Shown here one piece after another: positions 47,363 to 59,179 of a DNA stretch of 64,000 nucleotides; within the stretch, counting starts at the first letter, position 1, and every line of letters begins with the position of its first letter. The notes beneath the pieces were generated by a model. The model had not been told where the DNA came from. It saw nothing but the letters and a program-made list of their open reading frames with translations, and did not search any database. Source of the stretch: Dudresnaya verticillata (lineage: Eukaryota). The position numbers and the translations under genes are program-made. The DNA lies in contig OZ374558.1 in assembly GCA_977862235.1 (NCBI GenBank), positions 434,001 through 498,000 of the forward strand, read 5' to 3'.

Positions 47363-47881
47363 CTTGGGGCCACACACGGCCACTTCTATATGTCAGTATT
47401 ATTGTTGGGCAGCAGAGCGATTGGGCGTCCGCCCGAGCACCACTATTGGTATATGTTCTGCTTACCGCAACGACGTCCTCCCGTCGTGTTACTCCCAGTA
47501 CATCAGCTCCAGTTTTCCGCAAGTAATAGTCACTTCCATTGTACTCAATTGTTTGCGGAATTGGAGCTGGTATCTACAGACCTAATTCATCCCTCTGTGA
47601 TGAGCCTGTTGAAACATCGTTTCCACGCTGCGTATAATGTTGTTATTGTCGCTGTGACGTAGGAAACAGTTTGGGTTCTACCACGTTTTGCTCTATCGAC
47701 GTTAACATCATGGAAGTTTATTCGCGCTATTAATGCTGTTGGTAGAAGAAAATTGTCTTCTTCTGTAGGGACACAGTTCTGATCAAATGATTTGTCAACG
47801 TACCAATTTTACTGTTGATGATAACGGAAACTTGATATTTTGCTTCGCAAGACAAAGATTGTACAAGCTACTCAAACCATA

Positions 47882-48841
47882 TCAAGGTCCATACCTAAAT
47901 GTCTTTTTAAGGACCTTCTTGTTCCTTCCAATTTTTGACTTCCCACTTTGGAAGCTAACCAACTTCCCCTTGATGACAACAGCAAGAGTCCACGTAGATT
48001 TTCCAAGCCCACAACTATTGCGATGTTTGACAATGACTGTATATTCTCCTGTTCCAGGATTACCACTTCGCAGCCATCTGGTTTGCTCTCTTCCGTCAAC
48101 ATCTCGCGCACTACAGTTCGGGTTCTCATCTCCCAGATATCTTCCTCCGGTTCCCCTCGAGGACCTGGAATTCCGGAAGTACAGCTTTTCCCCATTAGGC
48201 TCAATAACAATCAAATCGAAGTCGTCAGCACTGTTCCAGGTCAGTTCGACAAGTATGAGAGGCGCGACAACTAGCGCAGAGAGGCAGTCATCTTCTCGAT
48301 TTGTCGTGACCTTCTTCAACACTTCTCCATCTTTGGAAAGCACGCGGTATGAAATGATGGGGATGCGCACACACAGAAGGTTGAGGAATTCCTCCTGATT
48401 TCCCTTGCTCTCAAGACGGGCAAGTCCACGTTCATTCGGAATTGGCGGAAAGCGGATTGGTTTCAAAGAAAAATGATTACGCTGGAACCTTGGGTTTAGA
48501 CCGGATGGTCGGTATTTTGAAATCCTCACGAATGGTGGTGGGTCCATGAAGCGATCCTTGAATGGATGAACCTCTGCTTCCCTGATTTTATTCACCTTCA
48601 CTCTCTCAGTGGTTGTGTCGTTTACCTTCCGACCACAAACGAAGGGCGGAGAAGCGATTCCTGCGTCGTGAAGGATAACCGTGTTGGCTCGTTTTGGTTC
48701 TCTAATTGAATCAGCATTGCACAAACGAAAAGTACACAAGCTGCCACAAATCTTGTTTCCCGGCTCTCCCTCTTGCCCGTAAAGTGTAGTGAATACCATG
48801 CTGTAGCACAATGCTGAGAGTATGAAGTATGCCATTGCCAT
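47882..48841 (-). CDS. secreted DUF2135/YfaP-like family protein (paralog 2, 319 aa)
   Basis: Signal peptide, same motifs (ELTWNSADDFDL), TATATAA on the minus strand near 48920. Confidence 0.8.
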   Translation of the reverse strand: MAMAYFILSALCYSMVFTTLYGQEGEPGNKICGSLCTFRLCNADSIREPKRANTVILHDAGIASPPFVCGRKVNDTTTERVKVNKIREAEVHPFKDRFMDPPPFVRISKYRPSGLNPRFQRNHFSLKPIRFPPIPNERGLARLESKGNQEEFLNLLCVRIPIISYRVLSKDGEVLKKVTTNREDDCLSALVVAPLILVELTWNSADDFDLIVIEPNGEKLYFRNSRSSRGTGGRYLGDENPNCSARDVDGREQTRWLRSGNPGTGEYTVIVKHRNSCGLGKSTWTLAVVIKGKLVSFQSGKSKIGRNKKVLKKTFRYGP

Positions 48842-51800
48842 CTTGGTCTTGAGGAGTCGAACGATGGCCAGCTTCTCATCGGAGTATTCCCCCCTTACAA
48901 GAAGAAAAGCTCACGATCTTATATACCCGCTTTTATGATGACTGTAATAGTGTTACCAATGTCAAAATTCCTGGACCTATGGACTAAGGTATTTCATTAC
49001 AACACCGCAAACATATCTCTGTGAAGCGAGTACATGAAAGGCAAGTTGTCAAATACAAGCAGATTTCAGAAAGGCATTATGTTACAATGGCACCCTTCTT
49101 TCAGATACAGTTGTACTCGAAAGACTGTTTACCGTAGACTATTAGAATAGAACAAAGGTCCGAAATTCAAACAAGCATGTCAGGGGATCAAGCTATCAAC
49201 AATGAATCCGTAGTAGGTGTGTCTGCAGCAGCACAAATTTGGCAATGGAACGACAGCCCAACCTTCTCTTGTGTAACAATCTTGCCGATCACGGTCCATT
49301 GATTCCAGAAAGAGTGACAATACAAATGAGACCATCCTTGGGATGACTCGTCCTTTCAACAAGGTAATGGGCTATTTGAACCTCAATGCCGGGCTGACTG
49401 CGTTTCTGGAGTTCTTCCTGTGTGCCACTACACAGAACGACTTGTACAGACTCCCCCGAGACCACCATGACTTCAGTTTTTTATGGAAATTCTCATCGCT
49501 CATTTGTTCAGGTATTGTGGCACAATTGAAGTGGCGGCATCGCAAACTAACACGACACATCCGTAATGTACATTGAGCTGTGATAGATCAATTTGTGCGT
49601 GCCAGTTCGGCCTGAAAAGAACCCCCTTTCCATACCCTACACACGTGCTCGAGGAGAAGCAGCAACGTTTTACGAGCATAGCCCAACAGTGAGACTGATA
49701 GACGCTCGGCGCCCATCCTTCGGGCATTCCAGGCAGGGATTACGTGTTCATGAGTAGCAATAGTAATTTGAAGGAGTATTAGAATTGCCTTTTCCGTTTT
49801 CTTCGTGCAAAAAGACCCATTCAGCTTCAAATATGTATTAGCCGAGCTCGCTATGAATTTTGCTGCCAAAGGGACCAAGAACTTATGAGAGTGCCCGAAG
49901 CTAGTTACAAGAATAAGGAAACATGAGTCCCTGACAGGCAGCTCTTTGAAAGATACTTCAATCTTTTGAAGGAATATTTTCCAGCCACCGAGCGCTTAAG
50001 CTTAAGCTCTACTCCGCTGATGTTCACCTGATCACGTTAGTTTTCCAATGTGTCGTACTGTAGCTAGTGTTAATCGTCGTAAGCTCTCTCCACCTCATTG
50101 CCTCCCAGTTCCCAAGCCCCAGTTTGTGGCTTTCCCCTTTCTGTGTAGAGATATCCAATCTGCCATCCAATATAAGGATAGTTCAATATTCAGAAATATG
50201 GCAACATGGGTATCATGCGAAGCGACTTTAATGCTCTCAAAAAGACATGAACCTCTGCAGAGATAACAGACATGGAACAGCTTGTGTGCCTAAATATGTG
50301 CTATGTTTCGGATTGACGTATAGGAACAGGCTTGAAAATCAGGGCAGTCCTGCATGGATATCTCAGGAGGCTCCTATAATACACAGATTCCCGTATTCTC
50401 TGTCACGAGATGCTCCTTTCATGCACCATAACCGGCAAGGTATGTGCAAGAGATTAAAATACAGGTGCTCCTTGTGTGTATCTTGTCAATTTTCTAAAGC
50501 AGTCTTCTGTGTCTCATCACTGGCACAACGTTGTACATGCCCAACACAAATGGCATGACAGCCGTTGCGTACTGAAAATTAATATCGCGTTCCAAGAAGG
50601 TACTAGAGCTTTCCCCCCAATGGAATCTCCTCTACGATTGAGAAGAAAAACGGTGTTGAAAACATTAGAACCGTCTTGATCTCATGCGTTAACACCGTTC
50701 CCGATTCTAGCACGGCATTAAAGATTCATTTGTGTCTCTATTGCTTCGCTATTATTCAACAGAATGAACTTCGGTACGTTTCACAACCCTGAGTAGGATA
50801 ACATGTCCTAGCCGTAGAAACTACAAGTAGTTGCGCGCCCCCGGATTTCTGCTGACGATGCAATGCACATGTGATGCAACTTTAGGTCTGTTCCGGAAAA
50901 TGTTGTTGTAATTCAGACACCTTGATGTGGCATTCAAGCGCACCATGGTGGACAGGTGATTAATGCTTCAAGTATGGCCATGACAATGACGTTTCTCCAG
51001 GCTCAAAGCTCTAGAACTGAAGCATGATGGTATTGGTCGAATACAACCACTTGGAAGATTTGTCCAATGCTGTCCACGGTACAGTCTTTGCATGTGGTCC
51101 CCGTCCGCTGTTCTCGTTTGCAGACGAGCCCTCTTTTCTCTTGCTACAGCAATGCAATGCATTGCGACAGGCAAGCAATTGGGATACAGTTGCACCCGTG
51201 TACTGCTTTGTAAGCAGTGCCGCACATCTGGAGGCTCGATTGTTACTGCCCGGAATGTGCCTAACGACTTCTCTAAAGGCACAATAAGCACATTAACTGC
51301 GTTGTATTGCAACATAGCTACGTTGCAAGGCATTTGTTTGGCTCATCCCGTATCGCAGTACAACTGCGTCACGACTATTCGAGGTGCTTCCAAGCTATCA
51401 AAATGTGCATTCTCGAGATGAATTGCTGCTTTGAATGGCGAGCTGAAAGCGACAGGCAAAGTCCTCCATCAAGAATTGCCGAAATCCTGCTGATGACCAA
51501 TCATCAACCCTTGCACTTCCCGTACCTCCCAGTCCAGAGTCTGATACACTTTTAGTTACATACTGTACTGCAAGAGGCTATGAAAATTCGTTCCTGAGCC
51601 AAGCGAGCCAAGCGAACAACAGCATGGTAGAAGCTTCACCGAAGCTTTGTACCGTAGTTGATCACGACTGTAACCGCAGCAGCACCCGCTTATGCTACTT
51701 TAGTCTTAATTTTCTAATCCTTTACCAGATCGTCCCTGCAGCTGAGCTCTGTAGACATAACTTGCTTCGCCTTAAGCTTTAACAGAAGTGGAAAGTGGGA

Positions 51801-52716
51801 TGCATCTTCCAATAAAGGTAGTGGTGCTTGAAGTATCAGCCCAGGGTTCTACTCAAGTTGCAAACAAGCCAGTTCTCGTAGTGAAACTTGAATAATCGAC
51901 GTTGAGTGTGACTAAGAGTGCCACTAATGTCGAAACCAACCATCAAACCTTGAGATCTGTTCTTCCCCACAATTCGTGAGGTAGATCTCAAATACCGGAA
52001 CGGAGCTCTCACCCAAGATTTCATGGAAGAAATGTGACAGTATGCATCGGTTTGCTCCGAGAGGACCTTCCGAAGGACCGCGGAAAACTCTTTGCTTATA
52101 TCTCTCTTGACGCTTGTACTCTGCTTGGCCTGCCAATCGTTCTGCCTGTTTCGATATCTTCCATCTCTCATTCGGAGTCTGCACCGAAATAAGCAGATAT
52201 CCACTGGCACCTATAACTTCCAGTATTCTTATGCCAGCCATGTTCTTGAGTAGACAAGTGACAGGTTCTGGGAACGCATACCAGGGGAATACCCTACATC
52301 GATTTGCATGATCTAGTGGAAGCTGCTCAATGTGCGACTATTGACCATTTCTTAGTGCGCACGGATATAGCACATTAGATGTTCTTAACGTTCCTATATG
52401 GTGATTTCAGCTAGTATAAGGACCTATTGTTGTTACATACGACTGAAACACCACAGAACATTTCGGGATTTCGCGTTCCTGTCGATCATGAGGAGATCAG
52501 GATATTGTGAAATATACCTTGGCCGTAGCGTTGCCATCGATTCTTACAGACTGCAACGAGATCTTCCGGAGCTATTGCGGTCGCAGCGTCACATATCCAA
52601 TGCCTGGCGACACTGCTCTTCCCACAGCATAAATACCGAGATAAAGGAGTCCGTTGATCCAGGCGTGAATATTGGACAGTGCGCGCAATCGGGCACCATC
52701 GCACGCAAACCCCAAC

Positions 52717-53715
52717 ATGTTTCTCCTACGCGCGCCCGTCTCTGTATTTGTGTTTCTCGTTGTTGTTACCTGCTTCACGAGAAAGGCTTCGGGGGAAGAC
52801 CTGCAAACTACGTCACTACGAGCGACCCCAACACGCTGTGGAGATTTCTGTTCATTCCGATTCTGCAAGTCTGATGGCTTCGGAACGCTGCTTGACTTCC
52901 CAGGGCCGCGTCTCATTATTCGCGATGCCAATGTTGCCACTCACCCGTTCGTCTGCCGCAAGATCGTGAACGACCCTACCAACTTCATCAATCAGTCTGT
53001 CAAGGTAGGCAAGACTGGAGAGGCACAAGTTCACCCGGCGTCTAGACGGAGAGAGGTTCCGAGGCCATTCGTGAAGATTTCTAAGTGGCAACCGACGGGG
53101 CTTTCTCCTCGGTTCACGAAGACATACTTTAAGCTGCTCGAGATTCTGCGGTTTCCGCCGATTCCGGGGGAGAAAGGCATCGCACGTGAGGAGAGCCGTG
53201 GGAACCAGGAGGACTTTGTCGACGATCTTTGTGTGTCTATCCCGATACGGTCTTACGACCTCTTAAAGGACGACGGAAGGGTTGACCGAAGAGTGGCGCG
53301 TACCAGGCGCAAGGAGGACTGCGTGTCGTTCCGCACGACTGCCCCTACAGTGCTGATTGAGCTGACATGGAACAGTTCTGATGATCTTGACCTGCGCGTT
53401 AAGGAGCCGAACAAGAACGTCATCAGCTTCCGGAACACTAACTCAGCTACTGGTGGGCGTCTTATTCGTGACCAGAATAGTAATGTGTGTGGGTTCGATC
53501 CGGATGGCAGAGAACAGATCAGGTGGGGGAGGTCTACGAACCCGTTGAGAGGACGGTATACAATTACAATTAGGCACTTTGTTAACTGCATGCTGGGGCC
53601 TACAAAGTGGTCACTTGCGGTGGTGATTAATGGGAAGAACAAAGTGTTCAAGATGGGAGTTTCGAACCTGACGAAGAAGAATAGCAAGATTACGTCCATC
53701 AAGTTCAAGTTTTAA
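52717..53715 (+). CDS. secreted DUF2135/YfaP-like family protein (paralog 3)
   Basis: ATG 52717 begins a signal peptide; ELTWNSSDDLDL; CATAAATA at ~52628. Confidence 0.8.
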   Translation: MFLLRAPVSVFVFLVVVTCFTRKASGEDLQTTSLRATPTRCGDFCSFRFCKSDGFGTLLDFPGPRLIIRDANVATHPFVCRKIVNDPTNFINQSVKVGKTGEAQVHPASRRREVPRPFVKISKWQPTGLSPRFTKTYFKLLEILRFPPIPGEKGIAREESRGNQEDFVDDLCVSIPIRSYDLLKDDGRVDRRVARTRRKEDCVSFRTTAPTVLIELTWNSSDDLDLRVKEPNKNVISFRNTNSATGGRLIRDQNSNVCGFDPDGREQIRWGRSTNPLRGRYTITIRHFVNCMLGPTKWSLAVVINGKNKVFKMGVSNLTKKNSKITSIKFKF

Positions 53716-53977
53716 CTTCATGTTTATGTGGTGTGGTTGAGCCATGGAAAATGAGTTGGATGAAAGTTCTTACCATTAGATGAGAGCAGATCATCTTTAT
53801 TGCGTTTGAAAGAAGGCTGTGTATCAAGGCCATGTGTATTAAAAGTGTTGTTTTAATCGTCTCGATGAGTTCGGATAAGACGGCGACGGCCGCACGACTT
53901 CGTTTCTCTACCTTAAAAATCTTCACTCAACAGCATATTGAGGTGCGCCTGATTTTCCATCGCCTCTGAGAAGGTGC

Positions 53978-54210
53978 TGGCTTCGATATCGGCGCTCAAG
54001 TCTTCGCCAACTTTCTTGCCGAAAAGAAAGGCACTTGCCCGCTTGCTGAGAAATATGCTCTCTTGAATCGTCTTGTCTCCTTTGTTACGCAGTTTGTCGC
54101 CGTCAGCGTCAATCGTCGCCGCTTGACTCCTGCAGATTTGCCTCCACTGTAGTGCTTACGAGTATCCAGTAGGGATGCTCTAGTTGTATGCTTTCGTAAA
54201 GTGACGTTTA
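53978..54210 (+). mobile_element. 5'-truncated CRE-like family B fragment (~230 bp)
   Basis: Near-identical to the reverse complement of ~39863-40096, with 15-bp TSD CCTCTGAGAAGGTGC at 53963-53977 and 54211-54225. Confidence 0.92.
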
Positions 54211-54985
54211 CCTCTGAGAAGGTGCCACCACGCTACGAGGTGATGATTGGGGGATTTCCGTTACGTTGTAGACTCTCTAATTTTGTTTTCAGATGCGTGA
54301 GGAAGAACCCGTCTGAACACAAAATTCTGATGCTGTCAATCGTATGCAAGGCATCCCAATCCTCTTGCGAGTCGTCGAGAACAGCTCGGGATCATTTAGA
54401 AGTCCTCGGACGCGTGCGGCGGCTGTGCTTATCAGGCGGGGAGTCGGAAACATTACAATGTGTTGTTTATTTTTTATCGCGAAATCATTTATTCTGCCCA
54501 GCACTCTTCTTCTGCTATGCCTAACAAGCACGATTGTATTCGTTGCAAAGGTCCATGAACAGAAGGACACTATCGAAATCAATGCAGACACCAGGAAGAG
54601 AAGTTCCACATCGAAATGGACCAGGCGATGCGACTTTTCTTCCAATCCAACCTGTTACTTTAACTGCAAAGCTGATAATGAGTTTGAAGAGGTGTCTAGA
54701 AACAGAGGTCATCTACAAGAGCGGTATCGCTTAAACATAATGGAGAATTATGCTCAACAGTAGTATCACTTACTTATTTTTGTTACACCCGGGATTAGTG
54801 CGATTTCTACCTTTTCCTCTTTACTCACATTGTCTCTACCCTAAAAGTACTAACGCTCAGCCCAGGGACCCGAACCGAAACAGAGTCAAGCGCAATGTAC
54901 GACGAAACACCTGAAGCTAAAGGCGGGATGGTGGTCGGACCGACTGGCTGTTGGTCTGCCCCAACAACTTCTTCTTTGCGTACTT

Positions 54986-55954
54986 TTATTCAGATCCCTC
55001 TTCATCGCTGTCTTGAGCCCATAGTTTCTCAACGGCTAGGCGAGCTTTCTCGTTAGCTTTGTCCGCTGTATTTTGCAACTTTTTCCAATCTGCAGGGGTT
55101 CGCAATGTCGGAAGTCGAGAGCGGGACATGAGCTGGTTCCTTACAACCTCCCTCTGCTTCTCCGAAAGGCTTGCCAAGTTTTTCTTAAACGTCCGCCGCA
55201 TTTCCCGAGCCTTCTCTTTCTGCGCAGCAACAAACCTCGATTCATATCCAGGTTTCATCTCTTCTACAGTCTTCAGGCGGAGTAGACCCTTCGTCTCATC
55301 CTCATCTGATTCAATTGTGCAGAGAGCGTCGCGTCTGCACAGCTTTTCATCTTCGTTCACTGATTCTGGGTCTACTCCCGTCTCCCGAACATGTAGCCGA
55401 ATAACTCTCCCATGTGCGTCCTTTTCGAGTTCAATAAGTCTATACGGCTCCTCGACAACTTCAATGTCATCCTCAGTAACCTCCTTATCGCCTTGTTCAA
55501 CTTTGGTTTTGTCGTACGCTCCTTCGCCTGCCCTTGAACACCAATTCTTACTTTTCCGATCTTCCGGGACTGTTTCCTTCCGTTCACAACGAAGGCGCTC
55601 CCTCCCACGTCCCCCTTCTCCGGTTCCCTTGATACCGCTCTTAGAATCCCAATGCACGGGCCGTGTGGAGTCGGAAACTCGTTCTAGGAGCTTCGGCGGA
55701 TTGTCCTGCATGACGTCAGCGATATGCTCGGAATCTAATCCATCCTGGTTACCGGCAACTGCGGTTAGTTTCCGGACAGCATCTTTAGCCGGGTGAGGTG
55801 GGTTCGCTTTGCTGGCGCACACCGTGTTCGGGGCCGTGACCTTCTTCTCTATGCTTCTCGCACTGGCACGATCCCCTCCTCGAGATTCAGCCTCGTTGGC
55901 CGACTCGAAGTCCTTTCGCTGCTTGGAAGAAAGCAGTCTCCTCCTCTTGCGCAT
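54986..55954 (-). CDS. hypothetical charged, probably nuclear protein (322 aa)
   Basis: ATG ORF starting MRKRRR, with TATA-like CATAAAT near 56100 on the minus strand. Confidence 0.5.
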   Translation of the reverse strand: MRKRRRLLSSKQRKDFESANEAESRGGDRASARSIEKKVTAPNTVCASKANPPHPAKDAVRKLTAVAGNQDGLDSEHIADVMQDNPPKLLERVSDSTRPVHWDSKSGIKGTGEGGRGRERLRCERKETVPEDRKSKNWCSRAGEGAYDKTKVEQGDKEVTEDDIEVVEEPYRLIELEKDAHGRVIRLHVRETGVDPESVNEDEKLCRRDALCTIESDEDETKGLLRLKTVEEMKPGYESRFVAAQKEKAREMRRTFKKNLASLSEKQREVVRNQLMSRSRLPTLRTPADWKKLQNTADKANEKARLAVEKLWAQDSDEEGSE

Positions 55955-56183
55955 CTCGGCAACTTGTGTGTTACTACGACGGAGTGTTCAAGTCTGGATG
56001 TGTTGTTCGATGAGTAGCAGAGTGGGCCTGGGGAAGTTTGTGTGCTGTGGGTGCCGAAGACTGAGGCGAAGACTCTGTCCTTATGCGGAATAGTACATTT
56101 ATGAGCAAGCAGGTTGACGTGACGATTTGCGCGAAGCAGCCGACGCTGGCCGATGAGTGAGGATAGGATAAGTCCGTGGGAAG

Positions 56184-56205
56184 AATAAAGTTGTGATGAT
56201 GATGA
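56184..56205 (+). mobile_element. isolated CRE-like family A tail (AATAAAGTTGTGATGATGATGA)
   Basis: 22-nt exact match to the family A terminus; no TSD found. Confidence 0.55.
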
Positions 56206-56368
56206 CCTGTTTGCTCTCAAAAATGTCCCGCCCAACAATTGTAAGCATTTCATGCTCGAAACTGTCCCGCCCCGAAAATTGCGGATCTACGAGTGTCATT
56301 GGGGCCACTCACGGTCCGTACGCCTATGTGCTAATGCAGCATAACTACATCGCACTCTGATCACACTC

Positions 56369-57854
56369 AACTTCTTTCACATATCTCTCGGTGACCCTCA
56401 ACTTGTCTTTCACCTTCTACGGTTCTGTGCTGGTGTATCAAAACTATCCTACCTGCTTCGAACTACCCCTCCGCACTTAACCTCTTCCATTGCCGTGTCC
56501 CACGACCTTGGAATGCGACGGGTGTTTGAAGCAACTCATTGTCTCTTAACCGATTCGATTTGGAAGCTCAGTTCTCTACCGCTGCGATCTGGTGGCCTAG
56601 GACTGACTAGAGCTTCTGCTGTGGTGGATCTCAGCTATTTAGCGTCTCTCGGTTCAAGCATGTCTACCATCCGGACAGTTCTTGGTCCTTTTCCCTTCCC
56701 TGCTGACAACACCCTTGGGCCTTCCCTAGGCCGTCTACGCTCTTCTGTTGGCAAACAGTGTCAAGCCCGACTTAATGATGTAACCACGTTCTTGAATTCT
56801 TTCCATGCTACTCCTCATGACTCAAGGTCTCCCGGGTCTGTGCATCATGAGCTTTTTTCTTCTATTAATGCCGTGGTTTTGGCATCTGTGACCGCGTCAT
56901 CCAACTCTAGTGATGATCTTCGCTGTCGTCTTCGTCTGCAATCTACCTGCACGGCCAGTTCTGCGCGCGCATTTGCCGCTGTACCTTCCTCCTTCCACGG
57001 TACTCGGGTCGAACCTGAAGTTTGGATATCAATGATCCAGCTACGACTTGGACTTCCCATCATCAGTGGAGATGACCCATGCCCCCGTTGTGTTGATGGT
57101 ACCGCTTCTGTTCCCCCTCTTCTTGATGTTTATGAGCATCATGCTACGGTCTGCTCTTCTCGTGAGGGCACGATTCGCCGTCATGATCATCTTCGGGATC
57201 GCTTAAGCGTCTTATTTCAGACTATCGCCCGCCCCCATGGCGTGCGCGTTGAAGTTGAGCATCGTTTCACTTATTCGGATGAGCATGGGCCCCGTAGCTC
57301 TGTCCCCAACGCTGCCCGAACACGTGCTGAACGCATACGTGACGAGCGTCATGCTGCTTCTGGTGGTCCCCCACAGCCTGTTGATCCACGTGACCAACTG
57401 CGTATGGATATTTTCGTTGATGATCGTGGCTTTGCCCCTCACCCCCATGGATTTGATGTCTCGGTCGTCAGTCCCCATTCTATTCATGGTTCCGCTGGTC
57501 GCGTTGCTGGCCAAGCCATTGCAGCTCGCGAACGTGTCAAACGCTCTCATTACCGCCGCGTATGCGCTAGTTTGGATATGGTTCTCCATCCTATGGTTGT
57601 AGATGTCTATGGCCGTGTTGGATCTGGCTTTGAAGTTGGCGCCCAACGTATTGCTAATTTCATTGCCAGCAAGCGCGGGACCTCTCCGTCTACGGAGAAA
57701 CTTCGCCTCACTACTCGTTTACTCTCTTTAGTTCTCCAATGCGTCGCGGTGAGTGTCAACCGCCGCAAGCTTGCTCCTCCGCCTCTTTATGGTAGCTCTG
57801 AATCCTAAGCCCCCTTAAGGGGCTTCTCTCTTGTTCTTTAGTAAAGGTCTCTCT
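56369..57854 (+). mobile_element. CRE-like non-LTR retrotransposon family C, 5'-truncated
   Basis: LGDPQLVFHLLR, LPLRSGGLG, CPRC...H..VC, RRHD, RMD...FDVSV, KRSHY; (CT)n tail; TSD CTCTGAT(C/T)ACACTC at 56355-56368 and 57855-57868. Confidence 0.9.
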
Positions 57855-59179
57855 CTCTGATTACACTCTACAGCATCTTGGAGGGCGGAAAAAACGCTCT
57901 GTGATATTGAGCCTTGCCACCACCAAGTCTTGGCACTGTGGTGCTTCTCGTGCCCTTCAAGATTATCCTACTTCTATCTCACTTTCGAATTCACAACTTT
58001 TTCTTTACTTCGCTTCACTCACCTTGACGACCGTAATGTTTTTTCCGGGCCCTGGCAATTATGAAGCTCGGACCATGATCAAACTGAAGTAAGGGCCTTC
58101 TGGCCATTCCTCGACCGCCAATTGTTTTCGGCCCCACCTGCTTATGGTGCGGAGATTCTTCTCCAGGGCCCGTTGATTTTAGACTTGTACAACGACTGTT
58201 TGTAACATCTGGGACCCTTGTGCAGTGGGACAACCAACTCCTTCCACGCCGAAATGAAATGCTGCGCCCGAACCGACAAGAAACCGCCTCAATAGCTTCT
58301 AAATATCACAGTTCAATACTACTTGTACGGATAGCGCCAGGTGCGCATAAATATATGACCTAATCACCTTTGCAGTATACAATTAAACGAGCAATGTAAA
58401 TATTAAACCTTGGCATCACATACCCCGGATGCTTGATTCTATGATGTTGTTCTTTAATTGTTGTTCATAGCTGCACCCTGTGAACACCTTGGCCTTATAC
58501 GTAAGCGAATTTTAGAGCGCTATGCAAAACCAGTAGAAGTCTTTATACAAGTCCCCTGGGTACTGCATTGGAATATGTTAATTGCGTACTTTGCAACATA
58601 AGGCGAGGCATAGACTGCCGTTAAGGCATCAACAACTTCGTCCCGTTACTCATTGTTCGTCAATACTGTTAGGTTTATTGTTGTAGCTATCAGTGGGAGC
58701 AACACGACTTATTGCTTCCCTTGGGAACTTCAATTTTGTTCAAGAAAAGCTGTGGAGGATCGCTCATTACCCTAAACGGGTTGGTCATGAGTTGTGTTCT
58801 TGTCCGCCATCGACAGAGAAGAGAGCAATTTTTCGGCAAGTGATGTTGTATGGTGGCAAGTGCGTAGCATCATTTCTGCAAGCAAGGGCGAGAAAATATA
58901 TTTACTCAACATGCGTAGAAAGCAAGAGCTGTACGTTTAGGAAGGGGGAAGCACCTCAACGAAACGATTTCTTCGACGATAGCCAGCCTTCCCAAAGATT
59001 TTCCGTAAGGCAAACACGCAACTTCAATATTCTAATCCTGTCACCAAACGTTTAAAATCACCGACACTGCAGAGCTTACCAGAGTTCCACACGATGATTC
59101 CATCTCTTCATCATTGTTTGATCGAACTGATGTAGGTGGTCTTGTGTGTGCTCGAACCGATTCTGCATGAGTCCTATTT

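Noticed and set aside
47400..47800. Degenerate minus-strand ORF vaguely like a Harbinger Myb/SANT protein
   Set aside because: Too decayed to support.
48900..52400. Many short ORFs that may be gene relics
   Set aside because: No recognisable motifs or long frames.
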